Shown: positions 37,443 to 46,887 of the stretch, in pieces | How the letters are laid out: every line of letters begins with the position of its first letter | Position numbering within the stretch: position 1 is the stretch's first letter | Assembly (NCBI GenBank): GCA_963720545.1 | Contig: OY970399.1 | Location: 512,001-576,000 of the forward strand | Length of the DNA stretch: 64,000 nt | Reading direction: 5' to 3' | Source of the DNA: an uncultured Acidobacteriota bacterium | GTDB taxonomy: Bacteria > Acidobacteriota > Vicinamibacteria > Fen-336 | Program-made: the position numbers and the translations under genes | The notes under the pieces: model-generated | What the model was told of the DNA's origin: nothing | Seen by the model: the letters and a program-made list of their open reading frames with translations, nothing else | The model's database searches: none

Positions 37443-38861
37443 TTGGCCAATGGCGAGATTTTCGACGTCACCATAGTCGGCAGCGGCCCGGGAGGCTACG
37501 TGGCCGCCATTCGGGCCGCCCAGATGGGCCTGAAGGCGGCGGTGGTGGAACGCGATCCGCTGGGCACCGGCGGCACCTGCCTGCAGCGCGGCTGCATCCC
37601 GACAAAGGCCCTGCTGCACACCGCCGACCTCTACGAGGACCTGAAAAACGGCAAGGAATTCGGCGTCCGCGCCGACAACATTGCGCTCGACATGGAAGCG
37701 CTGATGAACCGCAAGCAGCGCATCGTCCAGCGCCTCAGCAAGGGCATCGGCGGCTACTTGTTCAAGAAGAACGGCGTCAAGCTGTTTGCCGGCCAGGGGC
37801 GCCTCGAGAGTGCGCGCAGCGTCGTCGTCAAGGGCGAGGCCGGCGAGACGCGCATCGAGACGAAGAACGTCATCATCGCCACCGGTTCGCAGCCGAAATC
37901 GCTGCCGGGAATGGCGCCCGACGGCAAGTCGATCATGACCTCGGACGACATCCTCGAGATCAGGCACGTGCCGCGCAGCCTCACCGTCATCGGCGCCGGC
38001 GCCGTCGGCATCGAGTTCGCGTCGATCTTCGCGCGCTACGGTTCCGACGTGACGGTGATCGAGCTGCTGCCGCGGGTGCTGCCGCTCGAAGACGAGGAGA
38101 TCTCGGCCGAGGCGCAGAAGCAGCTCGGCAAGTACATGAAGATCTTCACCGGCGCCAAGACCGAGGGCGCCCTCAAGACCGTCAACGGCGTCGAGGTGGC
38201 GTTTCGCACCGCCGCCGGCGAGCAGAAGAGCGTCACCTCCGAGATCCTGCTGGTGGCCGTGGGCCGCGGACCGGTCACCGACGGCCTCAACCTCGAAGCG
38301 ACGAAGGTGGAGCTCGACCGCGGCTACCTCAAGGTCAACAACCTCATGCAGACCGCCGAGCCCGGCATCTTCGCGATCGGCGACGTGGTCACGATCGACG
38401 GGCCGCACCCGCAGCTCGCGCACGTCGCTTCGTTCGAGGGCATCGGCGTCGCCGAGCGCCTCGCCGGCAAGCCGACCGAGCCGGTCAACTACGATCGCGT
38501 GCCCTCCGCAACCTACTGCCGCCCCGAGGTCGCGGGCGTCGGGCTGACCGAGGCGGAGGCGAAGAAGCGCGGCTACGACGTCAAGGTCGGCCGCTTCCCG
38601 TTCGGCAACCTGGCGAAGCCGCGCATTCTCGGCCACGACGCAGGTTTCGTGAAGGTGGTGTCCGAGGCGAAGTACGACGAGGTGCTCGGCATCCACATCG
38701 TCGGCCCGCACGCGACCGACCTGATCTCGGAAGCCTGCGTGGCGCTGCGACTCGAAGCCACCACCGACGAGATCGCGAGGACCATGCATCCGCACCCGAC
38801 GCTGCCGGAGGCGCTCATGCAGGCCGCCGAGGCAGTGTACGGCCATGCGATAGATGCCTAA
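37443..38861 (+). CDS. lpdA: Dihydrolipoyl dehydrogenase (E3)
   Basis: GSGPGGY, GGTCL..GCIP.K, GAGA.G.E, HPHPTL.E; TTG at 37443 after a GGGGAG RBS. Confidence 0.96.
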   Translation: MANGEIFDVTIVGSGPGGYVAAIRAAQMGLKAAVVERDPLGTGGTCLQRGCIPTKALLHTADLYEDLKNGKEFGVRADNIALDMEALMNRKQRIVQRLSKGIGGYLFKKNGVKLFAGQGRLESARSVVVKGEAGETRIETKNVIIATGSQPKSLPGMAPDGKSIMTSDDILEIRHVPRSLTVIGAGAVGIEFASIFARYGSDVTVIELLPRVLPLEDEEISAEAQKQLGKYMKIFTGAKTEGALKTVNGVEVAFRTAAGEQKSVTSEILLVAVGRGPVTDGLNLEATKVELDRGYLKVNNLMQTAEPGIFAIGDVVTIDGPHPQLAHVASFEGIGVAERLAGKPTEPVNYDRVPSATYCRPEVAGVGLTEAEAKKRGYDVKVGRFPFGNLAKPRILGHDAGFVKVVSEAKYDEVLGIHIVGPHATDLISEACVALRLEATTDEIARTMHPHPTLPEALMQAAEAVYGHAIDA

Positions 38862-39912
38862 GCCCGCGGCCGGCCGGCTCGACACGGTGCAGCTGCTCGA
38901 GCTGTACCGCTTCATGAAGCTGAACCGCATGGTCGAGGAGAAGCTCACCAACCTCTACCGCCAGAACCAGGTGGTGGGCGGCCTCTACCGCAGCCTCGGG
39001 CAGGAGGCGTGTTCCGTGGGCAGCGCTTACGCGCTCGAGCCGGGCGACATCTTCACGCCTCTGATCCGCAACCTCGGCGCCATCTTCGTGCGCGGCGGCG
39101 AGCCGCGGCAGGTGTTCGCGCAGTACATGGCGCGCGCCGGCGGCCCGACCCGCGGCCGCGACCTCAACACCCACTTCGGCTGGCTGTCGCCGCAGGGCAG
39201 CATGCTGGCCGTGATCTCGATGCTCGGCGACATGGTCGCGATCCTCACCGGCGCGGTGCTCGCGGAGCGCATGCAGGGCCGCAGCACGGTGGCGCTCAAC
39301 TGGATCGGCGACGGCGGCACCTCCACGGGTGCCTTCCACGAGGGCTGGAACCTCGCCTGCGTGCAGAAAGCGCCGCTCGTGCTGATCGTCGAGAACAACA
39401 AGTGGGCGTACTCGACGCCGACGCGCCGGCAAATGGCGAACACCAACATCGTCGACCGCGCCGCGGGCTACGGCTGCGCCGGCGCCAGCGTCGACGGCAA
39501 CGACGTGCTCGCCGTCTACGAGACGACACGCCGCGCCATCGAGCGGGCGCGCGCCGGCGACGGTCCGACGCTCATCGAAGCCGACACCATGCGCATGCGC
39601 GGCCATGCCGAGCACGACGACATGAAGTACGTGCCGCCGGAGCAGATAGAGGAATGGCACCAGCGCGACCCGATCGCGCGCTTCGAGAAGCAGCTGCTGG
39701 ACGGCGCGGTGTGCACGCGCGCCGACCTCGACAGCATCGTCGCAACGCTCGACGCGCAGCTGCGCGAGGACGTGGCGTGGGCCGAGGCGTCGCCATTCCC
39801 GGAAGGCGAGACGGCGCTGGGCGGCGTGTACGGCGATCGCGAGACCGCCGACGCGACGCCGCTCATCGTCAGGGAGTTTCGGCGGCGCGCGGCCGAGGCG
39901 GGCGGCGGCTGA
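38854..39912 (+). CDS. 2-oxoacid dehydrogenase E1 alpha subunit (TPP-dependent)
   Basis: GQEA, GDG.TS.G.FHE..N...NN TPP motif, GHAEHD. Confidence 0.92.
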   Translation: MPKPAAGRLDTVQLLELYRFMKLNRMVEEKLTNLYRQNQVVGGLYRSLGQEACSVGSAYALEPGDIFTPLIRNLGAIFVRGGEPRQVFAQYMARAGGPTRGRDLNTHFGWLSPQGSMLAVISMLGDMVAILTGAVLAERMQGRSTVALNWIGDGGTSTGAFHEGWNLACVQKAPLVLIVENNKWAYSTPTRRQMANTNIVDRAAGYGCAGASVDGNDVLAVYETTRRAIERARAGDGPTLIEADTMRMRGHAEHDDMKYVPPEQIEEWHQRDPIARFEKQLLDGAVCTRADLDSIVATLDAQLREDVAWAEASPFPEGETALGGVYGDRETADATPLIVREFRRRAAEAGGG

Positions 39913-40886
39913 TGGCGCTCCTCACCTACCTCGAGGCCATCCGCCTGGCGATGCTCGAGGAGATGGAACAGGACCCCCGGGTCTTCGTCATCGGCGAGGA
40001 TGTCGCGACCTACGGCGGGGCGTTCCGCGTCACCGCGGGGTTTCTCGACAAGTTCGGCGCGGCCCGCGTCATCGACACGCCAATCTCCGAAAACGCCATC
40101 GTCGGCGCCGCGATCGGCGCGGCGCTCATGGGCATGCGCCCGATCGCCGAGATGCAGTTCATCGACTTCATCGCCTGCGCCTTCGACCCGATCGTCAACT
40201 ACGCGGCCAAGAGCCGCTACCGCTGGGGCGGCGGCGTGCCGATCGTGATCCGCGGCCCGAGCGGCGGCGGCGTGCGCGGCGGCCCGTTCCACAGCCAGAA
40301 CCCTGAGTCCTACTTCATGAACGTGCCGGGGCTCAAGATCGTGGCGCCGGCCTTCCCTTCCGACGCGAAGGGCCTGATGACCGCGGCTATTCGCGATCCC
40401 GATCCGGTGCTCTATCTCGAGCACAAGTACCTCTACCGGCGCATCAAGGACGAAGTGGCCGAGGGCGAAATCGTGGTCCCGATCGGCAAGGCCAGGGTGG
40501 TGCGCGCCGGCGCCGACGTCTCGGTCGTCACCTATGCGGCCATGGTGCACGTCGCCATGGAGGCTGCGGAAGCCGCGGCCCGCGACGGCATCGACGTCGA
40601 GATCCTCGACCTGCGCACGTTGCTGCCGCTCGACGAGGAAGCGGTCCTGCAGACCGCGGCAAAGACCGGCCGCGTGATCCTGCTGCACGAGCCGACGCGC
40701 ACCGGCGGACCCGGGGGCGAGCTGGCGGCGCTCATCGCCGAGAAGGCGTTCGAGCATCTCGACGCGCCGATCGTGCGGGTGGCGCCGCCCGACACGCCGG
40801 TGCCCTATGCGCCGACGCTCGAGGACTTCTTCCTGCCGAATGCCGCCAAGCTCGGCGAGGCCATCCGGGCGCTGGCCCACTACTGA
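39912..40886 (+). CDS. 2-oxoacid dehydrogenase E1 beta subunit
   Basis: ATG overlaps the alpha stop (TGATG); GEDV...GG.F, DTPISE, AEMQF.DF, HSQ, DLRTL.PLD. Confidence 0.93.
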   Translation: MALLTYLEAIRLAMLEEMEQDPRVFVIGEDVATYGGAFRVTAGFLDKFGAARVIDTPISENAIVGAAIGAALMGMRPIAEMQFIDFIACAFDPIVNYAAKSRYRWGGGVPIVIRGPSGGGVRGGPFHSQNPESYFMNVPGLKIVAPAFPSDAKGLMTAAIRDPDPVLYLEHKYLYRRIKDEVAEGEIVVPIGKARVVRAGADVSVVTYAAMVHVAMEAAEAAARDGIDVEILDLRTLLPLDEEAVLQTAAKTGRVILLHEPTRTGGPGGELAALIAEKAFEHLDAPIVRVAPPDTPVPYAPTLEDFFLPNAAKLGEAIRALAHY

Positions 40887-40917
40887 CCTTGGTAGAATTT
40901 CGCTCTAAGGAGCCATC

Positions 40918-42384
40918 ATGACCGACGTGATCATGCCCCAGATGGGCGAGTCCATCGCCGAAGGCACGCTGACGCGATGGATGAAGAAGGTCGGCGACCG
41001 CATCGAGCGCGACGAACCGTTGTTCGAGATCTCGACCGACAAGGTCGACGCCGAGATTCCGGCGCCCGCGGCTGGCATCCTCACCGAGATCAGGGTCGAG
41101 GCCGGCGCCACGGTGCCCATCAACACCGTCGTCGGCATCATCGGCAGCGGCGATGCCGCCGCGGCGCCCGCGCCGCAAGCGCCGGCCGTCGCGCCCGCGC
41201 CGGCGGCACCAGCACCTCCGTCCGCGCCCACGGCTGCGCCCGCTCCTTCGGCCGCTCCCGCCGCGGCACCACCGGCTGCCGCGCCGCAAGGTGACGGCGC
41301 GTCCACGCCGCCACCCCAACGCGCTCCTGCCGCACCGGCCCCCGCGCCCCAGCCCGCTCAGGCAACAGCAGCCGCGCCGCCCACCGCGCCTGCCGCGCGC
41401 TCCGAAATGAGTGTCGACGAGCTGCGCCGCACGCGCTCCTCGCCGGTGGTCCGCAAGATCGCGTCCGAGTTCAACGTGGACATCAGCCAGGTCGAGGGCA
41501 GCGGCATTTCCGGCCGCGTCACCAAGCGCGACATCCTCAGCCACCTCGAGGGACGCCCCGGCACACCCGCCGGCTTTGACACCGGCGCCACGATGCCGCC
41601 CGCCACCGCGGCGACGTTGCCGCCCACGATGGGGCTCGGCGGCGACAGCGGAGAGACAGCGCCGTCCGCCATCCCTGCCTATCGCCCGGGCGAGCGCATC
41701 GAGGTCGTGCCGATGTCGCCCATCCGCCGCAAGACCGCCGAGCACATGACGCAAAGCAAGCGCATCTCGGCGCACGTCTCGACCGTGTGGGAAGTCGACA
41801 TGTCGCGCGTCGACCACTTGCGCCGCAAGCACGGCCCGGCCTACGCCGAGCGCTACTCCGTCAAGCTCACGTTCCTGCCGTTCGTGCTCAAGGCGACGCT
41901 CGACGCGCTCAAGGCGAATCCGGTGCTCAACACCAGCGTCGAGGGCGGCAACATCATCTACAAGAAGGACATCAACCTCGGCATCGCCGTGGCGCTCGAC
42001 TGGGGCCTCATCGTGCCCGTGATCCGCAATGCCGACGAGAAGAACCTGCTGGGGCTGGCGCGTGCCACCAATGACCTCGCCGAACGCGCGCGCGCCAAGA
42101 AACTCAAGGTGGACGAAATCCAGGGCGGCACCTTCACCATCACCAACCCGGGCGTCTTCGGCAGCCTGTTCGGCACGCCGATCATCAACCAGCCGCAGGT
42201 CGCGATTCTCGGCCTCGGCACCATCGAGAAGCGTCCGGTGGTGCGCGAAGACGCGATCGCCATCCGCACCATGGCCTACTTCGCCCTGACCTTCGACCAC
42301 CGGATCGTGGACGGCGCCGATGCCGACCGCTTCATGGCGCACCTCAAGAAGTCGCTGCAGGAGTTCGACGAAGGGAGCCTCTAA
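40918..42384 (+). CDS. Dihydrolipoamide acyltransferase (E2)
   Basis: Lipoyl domain (STDKV), Ala/Pro linker, E3-binding domain SP.VR..A...GSG..GRVT..D, catalytic DHR..DG. Confidence 0.95.
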   Translation: MTDVIMPQMGESIAEGTLTRWMKKVGDRIERDEPLFEISTDKVDAEIPAPAAGILTEIRVEAGATVPINTVVGIIGSGDAAAAPAPQAPAVAPAPAAPAPPSAPTAAPAPSAAPAAAPPAAAPQGDGASTPPPQRAPAAPAPAPQPAQATAAAPPTAPAARSEMSVDELRRTRSSPVVRKIASEFNVDISQVEGSGISGRVTKRDILSHLEGRPGTPAGFDTGATMPPATAATLPPTMGLGGDSGETAPSAIPAYRPGERIEVVPMSPIRRKTAEHMTQSKRISAHVSTVWEVDMSRVDHLRRKHGPAYAERYSVKLTFLPFVLKATLDALKANPVLNTSVEGGNIIYKKDINLGIAVALDWGLIVPVIRNADEKNLLGLARATNDLAERARAKKLKVDEIQGGTFTITNPGVFGSLFGTPIINQPQVAILGLGTIEKRPVVREDAIAIRTMAYFALTFDHRIVDGADADRFMAHLKKSLQEFDEGSL

Positions 42385-42385
42385 G

Positions 42386-43072
42386 CTGCGCGCCCGCCGC
42401 CTCGGCCGCGTGCCCTACGCCGAAGGCCTGCGCCTGCAGGCGCAGCTGGTGGCGGAGCGCCAGCAGGACCTGGTCGAAGACACCCTGCTGCTCCTCGAGC
42501 ACGATCCGGTGTTCACTCTCGGCCGCAACGCGCGCAAGGAGCACGTGCTGTTCCCCGAGGAATGGCTGCGCGGCCGCGGCTTCGAGGTGTTCGAGTCCGG
42601 GCGCGGCGGCGACGTCACCTACCATGGCCCCGGCCAGCTGGTCGGCTACCCGATCTTCAAGCTGCCGCCCGCGCGCCGCGATGTGCACCGCTACGTGCGG
42701 GCGCTCGAAGACGTGATGATCCGGACCTGCGCCGCCTACGGAATCTCGGCGGGACGCGTCGCGGGAATGACGGGCGCCTGGGTCGGGGAGCAGAAGATCG
42801 GCGCCATCGGCGTGCGCATCGCCCGCTGGGTGACCTCCCACGGTTTCGCGCTCAACGTCAACAATTCGCTCGAGCCGTTTTCCCTCATTGTTCCGTGCGG
42901 CATCGCCGGCAAGGGTGTCACGAGCCTCGGCGCGCTGCTCGGCCGTGAAGAGCCGCTCGAGCGCGTGATGGACCGCATCGAGGAAAACGTCGGCGCGTTG
43001 CTGGCGCCCCGCAACGACGCCGACGCCGAGGCGGCTACCGAGACGGCGCGGCCGGCCGCAGCGCTGCGCTGA
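42386..43072 (+). CDS. lipB: Lipoyl(octanoyl) transferase LipB (probable CTG start)
   Basis: LLEH.PV.TLGR, RGG.VTYHGPGQ, KI.AIG, HG.ALN, I.PCG. Confidence 0.93.
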   Translation: MRARRLGRVPYAEGLRLQAQLVAERQQDLVEDTLLLLEHDPVFTLGRNARKEHVLFPEEWLRGRGFEVFESGRGGDVTYHGPGQLVGYPIFKLPPARRDVHRYVRALEDVMIRTCAAYGISAGRVAGMTGAWVGEQKIGAIGVRIARWVTSHGFALNVNNSLEPFSLIVPCGIAGKGVTSLGALLGREEPLERVMDRIEENVGALLAPRNDADAEAATETARPAAALR

Positions 43073-44411
43073 TTCGCTCCGCCAGCACCGCGGCGTCGGC
43101 GATGGCGGCGTTGATCGAGACACCGCGGCAGCCGTTGCCGCCGACGAACAGGGCGCCGCGGCTCGCTGCCAGCGCCTCGATGCGCGCGACGCGCGCGGTG
43201 TGGCCGGGCGCGTACTGCGGGATCCCGGCGCGATGCCGAAAGACGCGCACGAAGCGTGGCGCCGCGGTGATGCCCATGACGCGCCGCAGGTCGGAGCGCG
43301 CCGCGACCTCCAGCTCCTGGTCGGAAAGCTCGAGCACCTGCGGCGCCGCCGCCCCGCCGAGCATGGCGCGCAGCAGCGCGTGCCCGGCTGGGGCACGGTT
43401 CGCGAAGATCGCCGAATCCCAGAGCACCCCGAGGGTTTTCAAACCCTCGCCGCGGCCGGCGAGCACGCCGAAGCCGTCGAGCGGCCGCGACAGGTCGGCG
43501 CTGCGGTAACCGAGCGCCACCACCGCCACGTCCGCGGCGCCGATCGCCAACAGCTCCCGCGCGAGCAGCGCGTCGATGCCGGCGACCACCTCTGCGGCGG
43601 CGGCAGGCGGACAGCAGAGCGCAACGGCGTCGGCGACGAGCGTCTCGCCGGTGCGCAACTGCAGTCGGAAGCCGCCTTCCGGGCGGTCGATGTCGATGCG
43701 CGCAACCGCCGCTTTGGTGCGCAGCGCCGGGCCCACGCTGCGCGCCAGGCTCGCGGCGAGCGTCGCGACACCACCGCGCAGCGAGACCAGCCGGGCCCGG
43801 TGGCGGCCGCCGCGGCGGCGCGCCAGCATGCCGCGGAACAGGCTTCCGTGCTCTTGCTCGAGGCGGCAAAGTGCCGGGAACGCGGCGCCGCTCGACAGCT
43901 CGCGCGGGTCGCCCGCGAAGACGCCCGCCGCCATCACGTCGGCGATGGCCGCCGCTGCCTCCTCGCCCAGGCGCCGTGCGAGGAACGCGTGTACGGTCTC
44001 GTCGCCGCTTTCCGCCGACGCAGTGCCCCGGGGCACGAACGGCTCGCGCAGCAGGCGCAGCTTGCCGCGCGCGCTGAGCAGCCGGCTGCGGGCAAACGAC
44101 GCGGGCCCCGTGGGCACGCGATGCAGCTCCCGGCCGCGATAGACGTAGCGCCGCCGCGCGTTGGCGTTGCTCGATTCGATCGCATCCTCGAGGCCGAGTG
44201 CCGCGATCAGCGAGCGGGTGGCCGGCTGGTTGTCGAGCCAGCCGTTGGCGCCGGCTTCGACCGTGTAGCCGTCGGCCTCCAGGGTGCACAGCTTGCCGCC
44301 CGCGCCTTGCGCCGCTTCGAGCACCACCGCCGTGATGCCGCCCTGCGCCAGGAGGCCGTGCGCGAGCGCCAGCCCGGAGACGCCGCCGCCGACGATCGCG
44401 ACCCGTTTCAC
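43035..44411 (-). CDS. hemG: Protoporphyrinogen/coproporphyrinogen oxidase (HemY-type FAD enzyme)
   Basis: GTG at 44411; VAIVGGG.SGL, E.GAN, G.FAGDP..LS, GFG.L, IPQY..GH. Confidence 0.9.
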   Translation of the reverse strand: MKRVAIVGGGVSGLALAHGLLAQGGITAVVLEAAQGAGGKLCTLEADGYTVEAGANGWLDNQPATRSLIAALGLEDAIESSNANARRRYVYRGRELHRVPTGPASFARSRLLSARGKLRLLREPFVPRGTASAESGDETVHAFLARRLGEEAAAAIADVMAAGVFAGDPRELSSGAAFPALCRLEQEHGSLFRGMLARRRGGRHRARLVSLRGGVATLAASLARSVGPALRTKAAVARIDIDRPEGGFRLQLRTGETLVADAVALCCPPAAAAEVVAGIDALLARELLAIGAADVAVVALGYRSADLSRPLDGFGVLAGRGEGLKTLGVLWDSAIFANRAPAGHALLRAMLGGAAAPQVLELSDQELEVAARSDLRRVMGITAAPRFVRVFRHRAGIPQYAPGHTARVARIEALAASRGALFVGGNGCRGVSINAAIADAAVLAERISAALRPAAPSR

Positions 44412-44422
44412 TGGTGGGCGGC

Positions 44423-45814
44423 CTACACCGTCCGCGAAAAACCGGTGCGTGCCGAGGCGCCGCGGCGATACCGGTCGAACACCATGCAGACGTTGCGCAC
44501 CAGCAGGCGCCCGCGTTCGGTCACCGCCACCTCGGTGGCGTCGGGCGTCACCGCAACGATGCCGTCTTCGCTGAGCGCGCCGCGCAGCTCGGCCAGCTCG
44601 GCGGCGAAGTAGTCGCGGAACGACACGCCGAAGCGGCTCTCGACCGCGCGCGCCGCGACGCGAAAGTTGCACATCAGTTCCGCGATCACATGCCGCCGCA
44701 GCCGGTCGTCGGCGTCGAGGCGAAAGCCGCGCTCGATCGGGAAGCGGCCGCGGTCGAGCGCTTCGTAGTACTCGCTCAGCTTCTTAACGTTCTGCGCGAA
44801 CGCCCCGGAGACGTCGCCGATGGCGGAAACACCGCAGCCGACCATGTCCGGCGCGGGCCGCGTGGTGTAGCCCATGAAGTTACGGTGCAGGATGCCGGCG
44901 CGCGCGGCGATCGCGAGTTCGTCCTCCGGCACCGCGAAGTGGTCCATGCCGATCGCGGCATAGCCGGCGCCGAGGAAGCGTTCGCGCGCCATGAGGAAGA
45001 GCGCCATCTTCTCCTCGGCCGAGGGCAGCGCCTCTGGCGACAGCGTGCGCTGATGGCCCTTCATCCACGGCACGTGCGCGTAGGAATAGATCGCGGTGCG
45101 CTCCGGCCGGTTGCGCAACACGCTGTCGAGCGTGCGCGCGAAGCCGTCGCGGGTCTGCCGCGGCAGCCCGTAGATCAGGTCGACGTTGGTCGAGCGGAAA
45201 CCCGCGGCGCGCGCCTGCGCCAGCAGCGTCCAGGTTTCTTCCTCCGACTGGATGCGGTTGACCGCCTGCTGCACGGGCGCGTCGAAGTCCTGCACGCCCA
45301 GCGAAAGGCGGTTGAAGCCGAGGCGCCGCAGCGTATCGATGTGCTCGGCCGTGGTGACGCGCGGGTCCACCTCGATGGCCGCTTCGCCCTGCGGGTCGAG
45401 GTCGAAGTGCTGCGCGACCACGTCCTGCAGCTCCTGCATCTGCGCGGGAGCCAGGTACGTGGGGGTGCCGCCGCCCCAGTGATACTGCACCACGCGGCGG
45501 CGGCCGCCGAGTGCGCCGGCAAGCATCGCCAGCTCGCGGTGCAGGTAGCCGAGGTACTTTTCGGCCACCGAGCGGTTCTTGGTGATGATCACCATGCAGC
45601 CGCAGAAAGTGCAGCGCTCTTCGCAGAAGGGCAGGTGGAGGTAGAGCGACAGCGGCTGATCCGGTGCTCGCGCCGCGGCGGCCAGCTGCTCGCGGTATGC
45701 GGGCTCGTCGAACGCGCTGCTGAACTCGAGCGCGGTCGGATACGACGTGTAGCGCGGACCGGGCCGGTCGTAGGCCCGCAGCAGCTCCAGCGGCACGGCC
45801 GCGGCGGCGCTCAA
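44423..45814 (-). CDS. hemN: Oxygen-independent coproporphyrinogen III dehydrogenase
   Basis: YD.PGPRYTSYP N-terminus, CEERCTFC radical SAM motif, HWGGGTPT, IGMDHF, HRNFMGYT. Confidence 0.95.
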   Translation of the reverse strand: MSAAAAVPLELLRAYDRPGPRYTSYPTALEFSSAFDEPAYREQLAAAARAPDQPLSLYLHLPFCEERCTFCGCMVIITKNRSVAEKYLGYLHRELAMLAGALGGRRRVVQYHWGGGTPTYLAPAQMQELQDVVAQHFDLDPQGEAAIEVDPRVTTAEHIDTLRRLGFNRLSLGVQDFDAPVQQAVNRIQSEEETWTLLAQARAAGFRSTNVDLIYGLPRQTRDGFARTLDSVLRNRPERTAIYSYAHVPWMKGHQRTLSPEALPSAEEKMALFLMARERFLGAGYAAIGMDHFAVPEDELAIAARAGILHRNFMGYTTRPAPDMVGCGVSAIGDVSGAFAQNVKKLSEYYEALDRGRFPIERGFRLDADDRLRRHVIAELMCNFRVAARAVESRFGVSFRDYFAAELAELRGALSEDGIVAVTPDATEVAVTERGRLLVRNVCMVFDRYRRGASARTGFSRTV

Positions 45815-46887
45815 GCGCTCACCCGCTCGCTTTGCTCGCGCACCGCGTCCACCAGCACCTGCGCGTGATCGGGCGGCGTCATCGGCAGGATGCCGTGGCC
45901 GAGGTTGAAGATGTGTCCGCCGCCGGCGCGCGCGGCGGCCGCCAGCACGGCGGCGATGCGCTCACGGATCGCCTGCGGCGGCGCCAGCAGCACGGCGGGA
46001 TCGAGGTTCCCCTGCAGCGCCGGGCCGCGCCCGAGCTTCTGCCGCGCGTCGTCGAGGTCCACGCGCCAGTCCACCCCCACCACGTCGGCGCGCACGTCGC
46101 GCACCCGCGACAGCCGCCCGGCCGAGCCTTCGCCGGCATAGTAGATCCGCGGCGGGCTGGCACCTTGTGGACTGGCACTCGCCACGGCGTCCATCACCTG
46201 GCGCGCATAGGGAATCGCGAACGTCTCGTCGTCGTCCTTCGACAGGATGCCGGCCCAGCTGTCGAACAGCATCACCGCCTGCGCACCCGCCTCGGCCTGC
46301 GCCGCCAGCGACAGGGCCGCCGTCGCCGCGCAGATGGCGAGCAGGCGGTGCGCGGTGGCCGGGTCGTTGTAGAGGAGCGACTTCAGCGCAGCGAAGTTCT
46401 TCGTGCCGCCACCCTCGACGAGGTAGGCCGCGACGGTGAACGGCGCGCCGGCAAAGCCGATGAGCGGTACCGTTGGCGGCAGCGCGCCGCGCACCAGCCG
46501 CAGCGTCTCCAGCAGCCAGGGTGTTGCTTCGGCGGCGGGTGCGACGCGCAGCGTATCGACGTCGGCCGGCGTGCGGATGGTGCGCGCCAGCTTCGGTCCG
46601 GGGGCAAAAGCCACGTCAACCCCCATGCCCGGCAGGCCGATGAGAATGTCGGAGAAGACGATCGCCGCGTCCACGCCGAAGCGGCGGATCGGCTGCAAGG
46701 TCAGTTCGCAGGCGATCTCCGGGGTCTTGCAGCTCGTCAGGAAATCGTAGCGCTCACGCACCGCGCGGTACTCCGGCAGGTAGCGCCCGGCCTGGCGCAT
46801 CATCCACACCGGCGTGCGCGGTACGTCCTCGCCGCGGCACGCGCGCAGGAAGAGCGCGTCTTCGTGCTGGCTGCGCGGCTCACTCAT
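45811..46887 (-). CDS. hemE: Uroporphyrinogen decarboxylase
   Basis: PVWMMRQAGRYLPEY, AAI.FSDIL, LIGFAGAPFT, QGNLDP, IFNLGHGI. Confidence 0.97.
   Translation of the reverse strand: MSEPRSQHEDALFLRACRGEDVPRTPVWMMRQAGRYLPEYRAVRERYDFLTSCKTPEIACELTLQPIRRFGVDAAIVFSDILIGLPGMGVDVAFAPGPKLARTIRTPADVDTLRVAPAAEATPWLLETLRLVRGALPPTVPLIGFAGAPFTVAAYLVEGGGTKNFAALKSLLYNDPATAHRLLAICAATAALSLAAQAEAGAQAVMLFDSWAGILSKDDDETFAIPYARQVMDAVASASPQGASPPRIYYAGEGSAGRLSRVRDVRADVVGVDWRVDLDDARQKLGRGPALQGNLDPAVLLAPPQAIRERIAAVLAAAARAGGGHIFNLGHGILPMTPPDHAQVLVDAVREQSERVSA

Noticed and set aside
41150..41400. Repetitive GCG/CCC-rich tract, with similar tracts at 21840-22030 and 34780-34830
   Set aside because: These are Ala/Pro/Gln low-complexity protein linkers, not CRISPR arrays or DNA repeat elements; there is no fixed repeat-spacer period.
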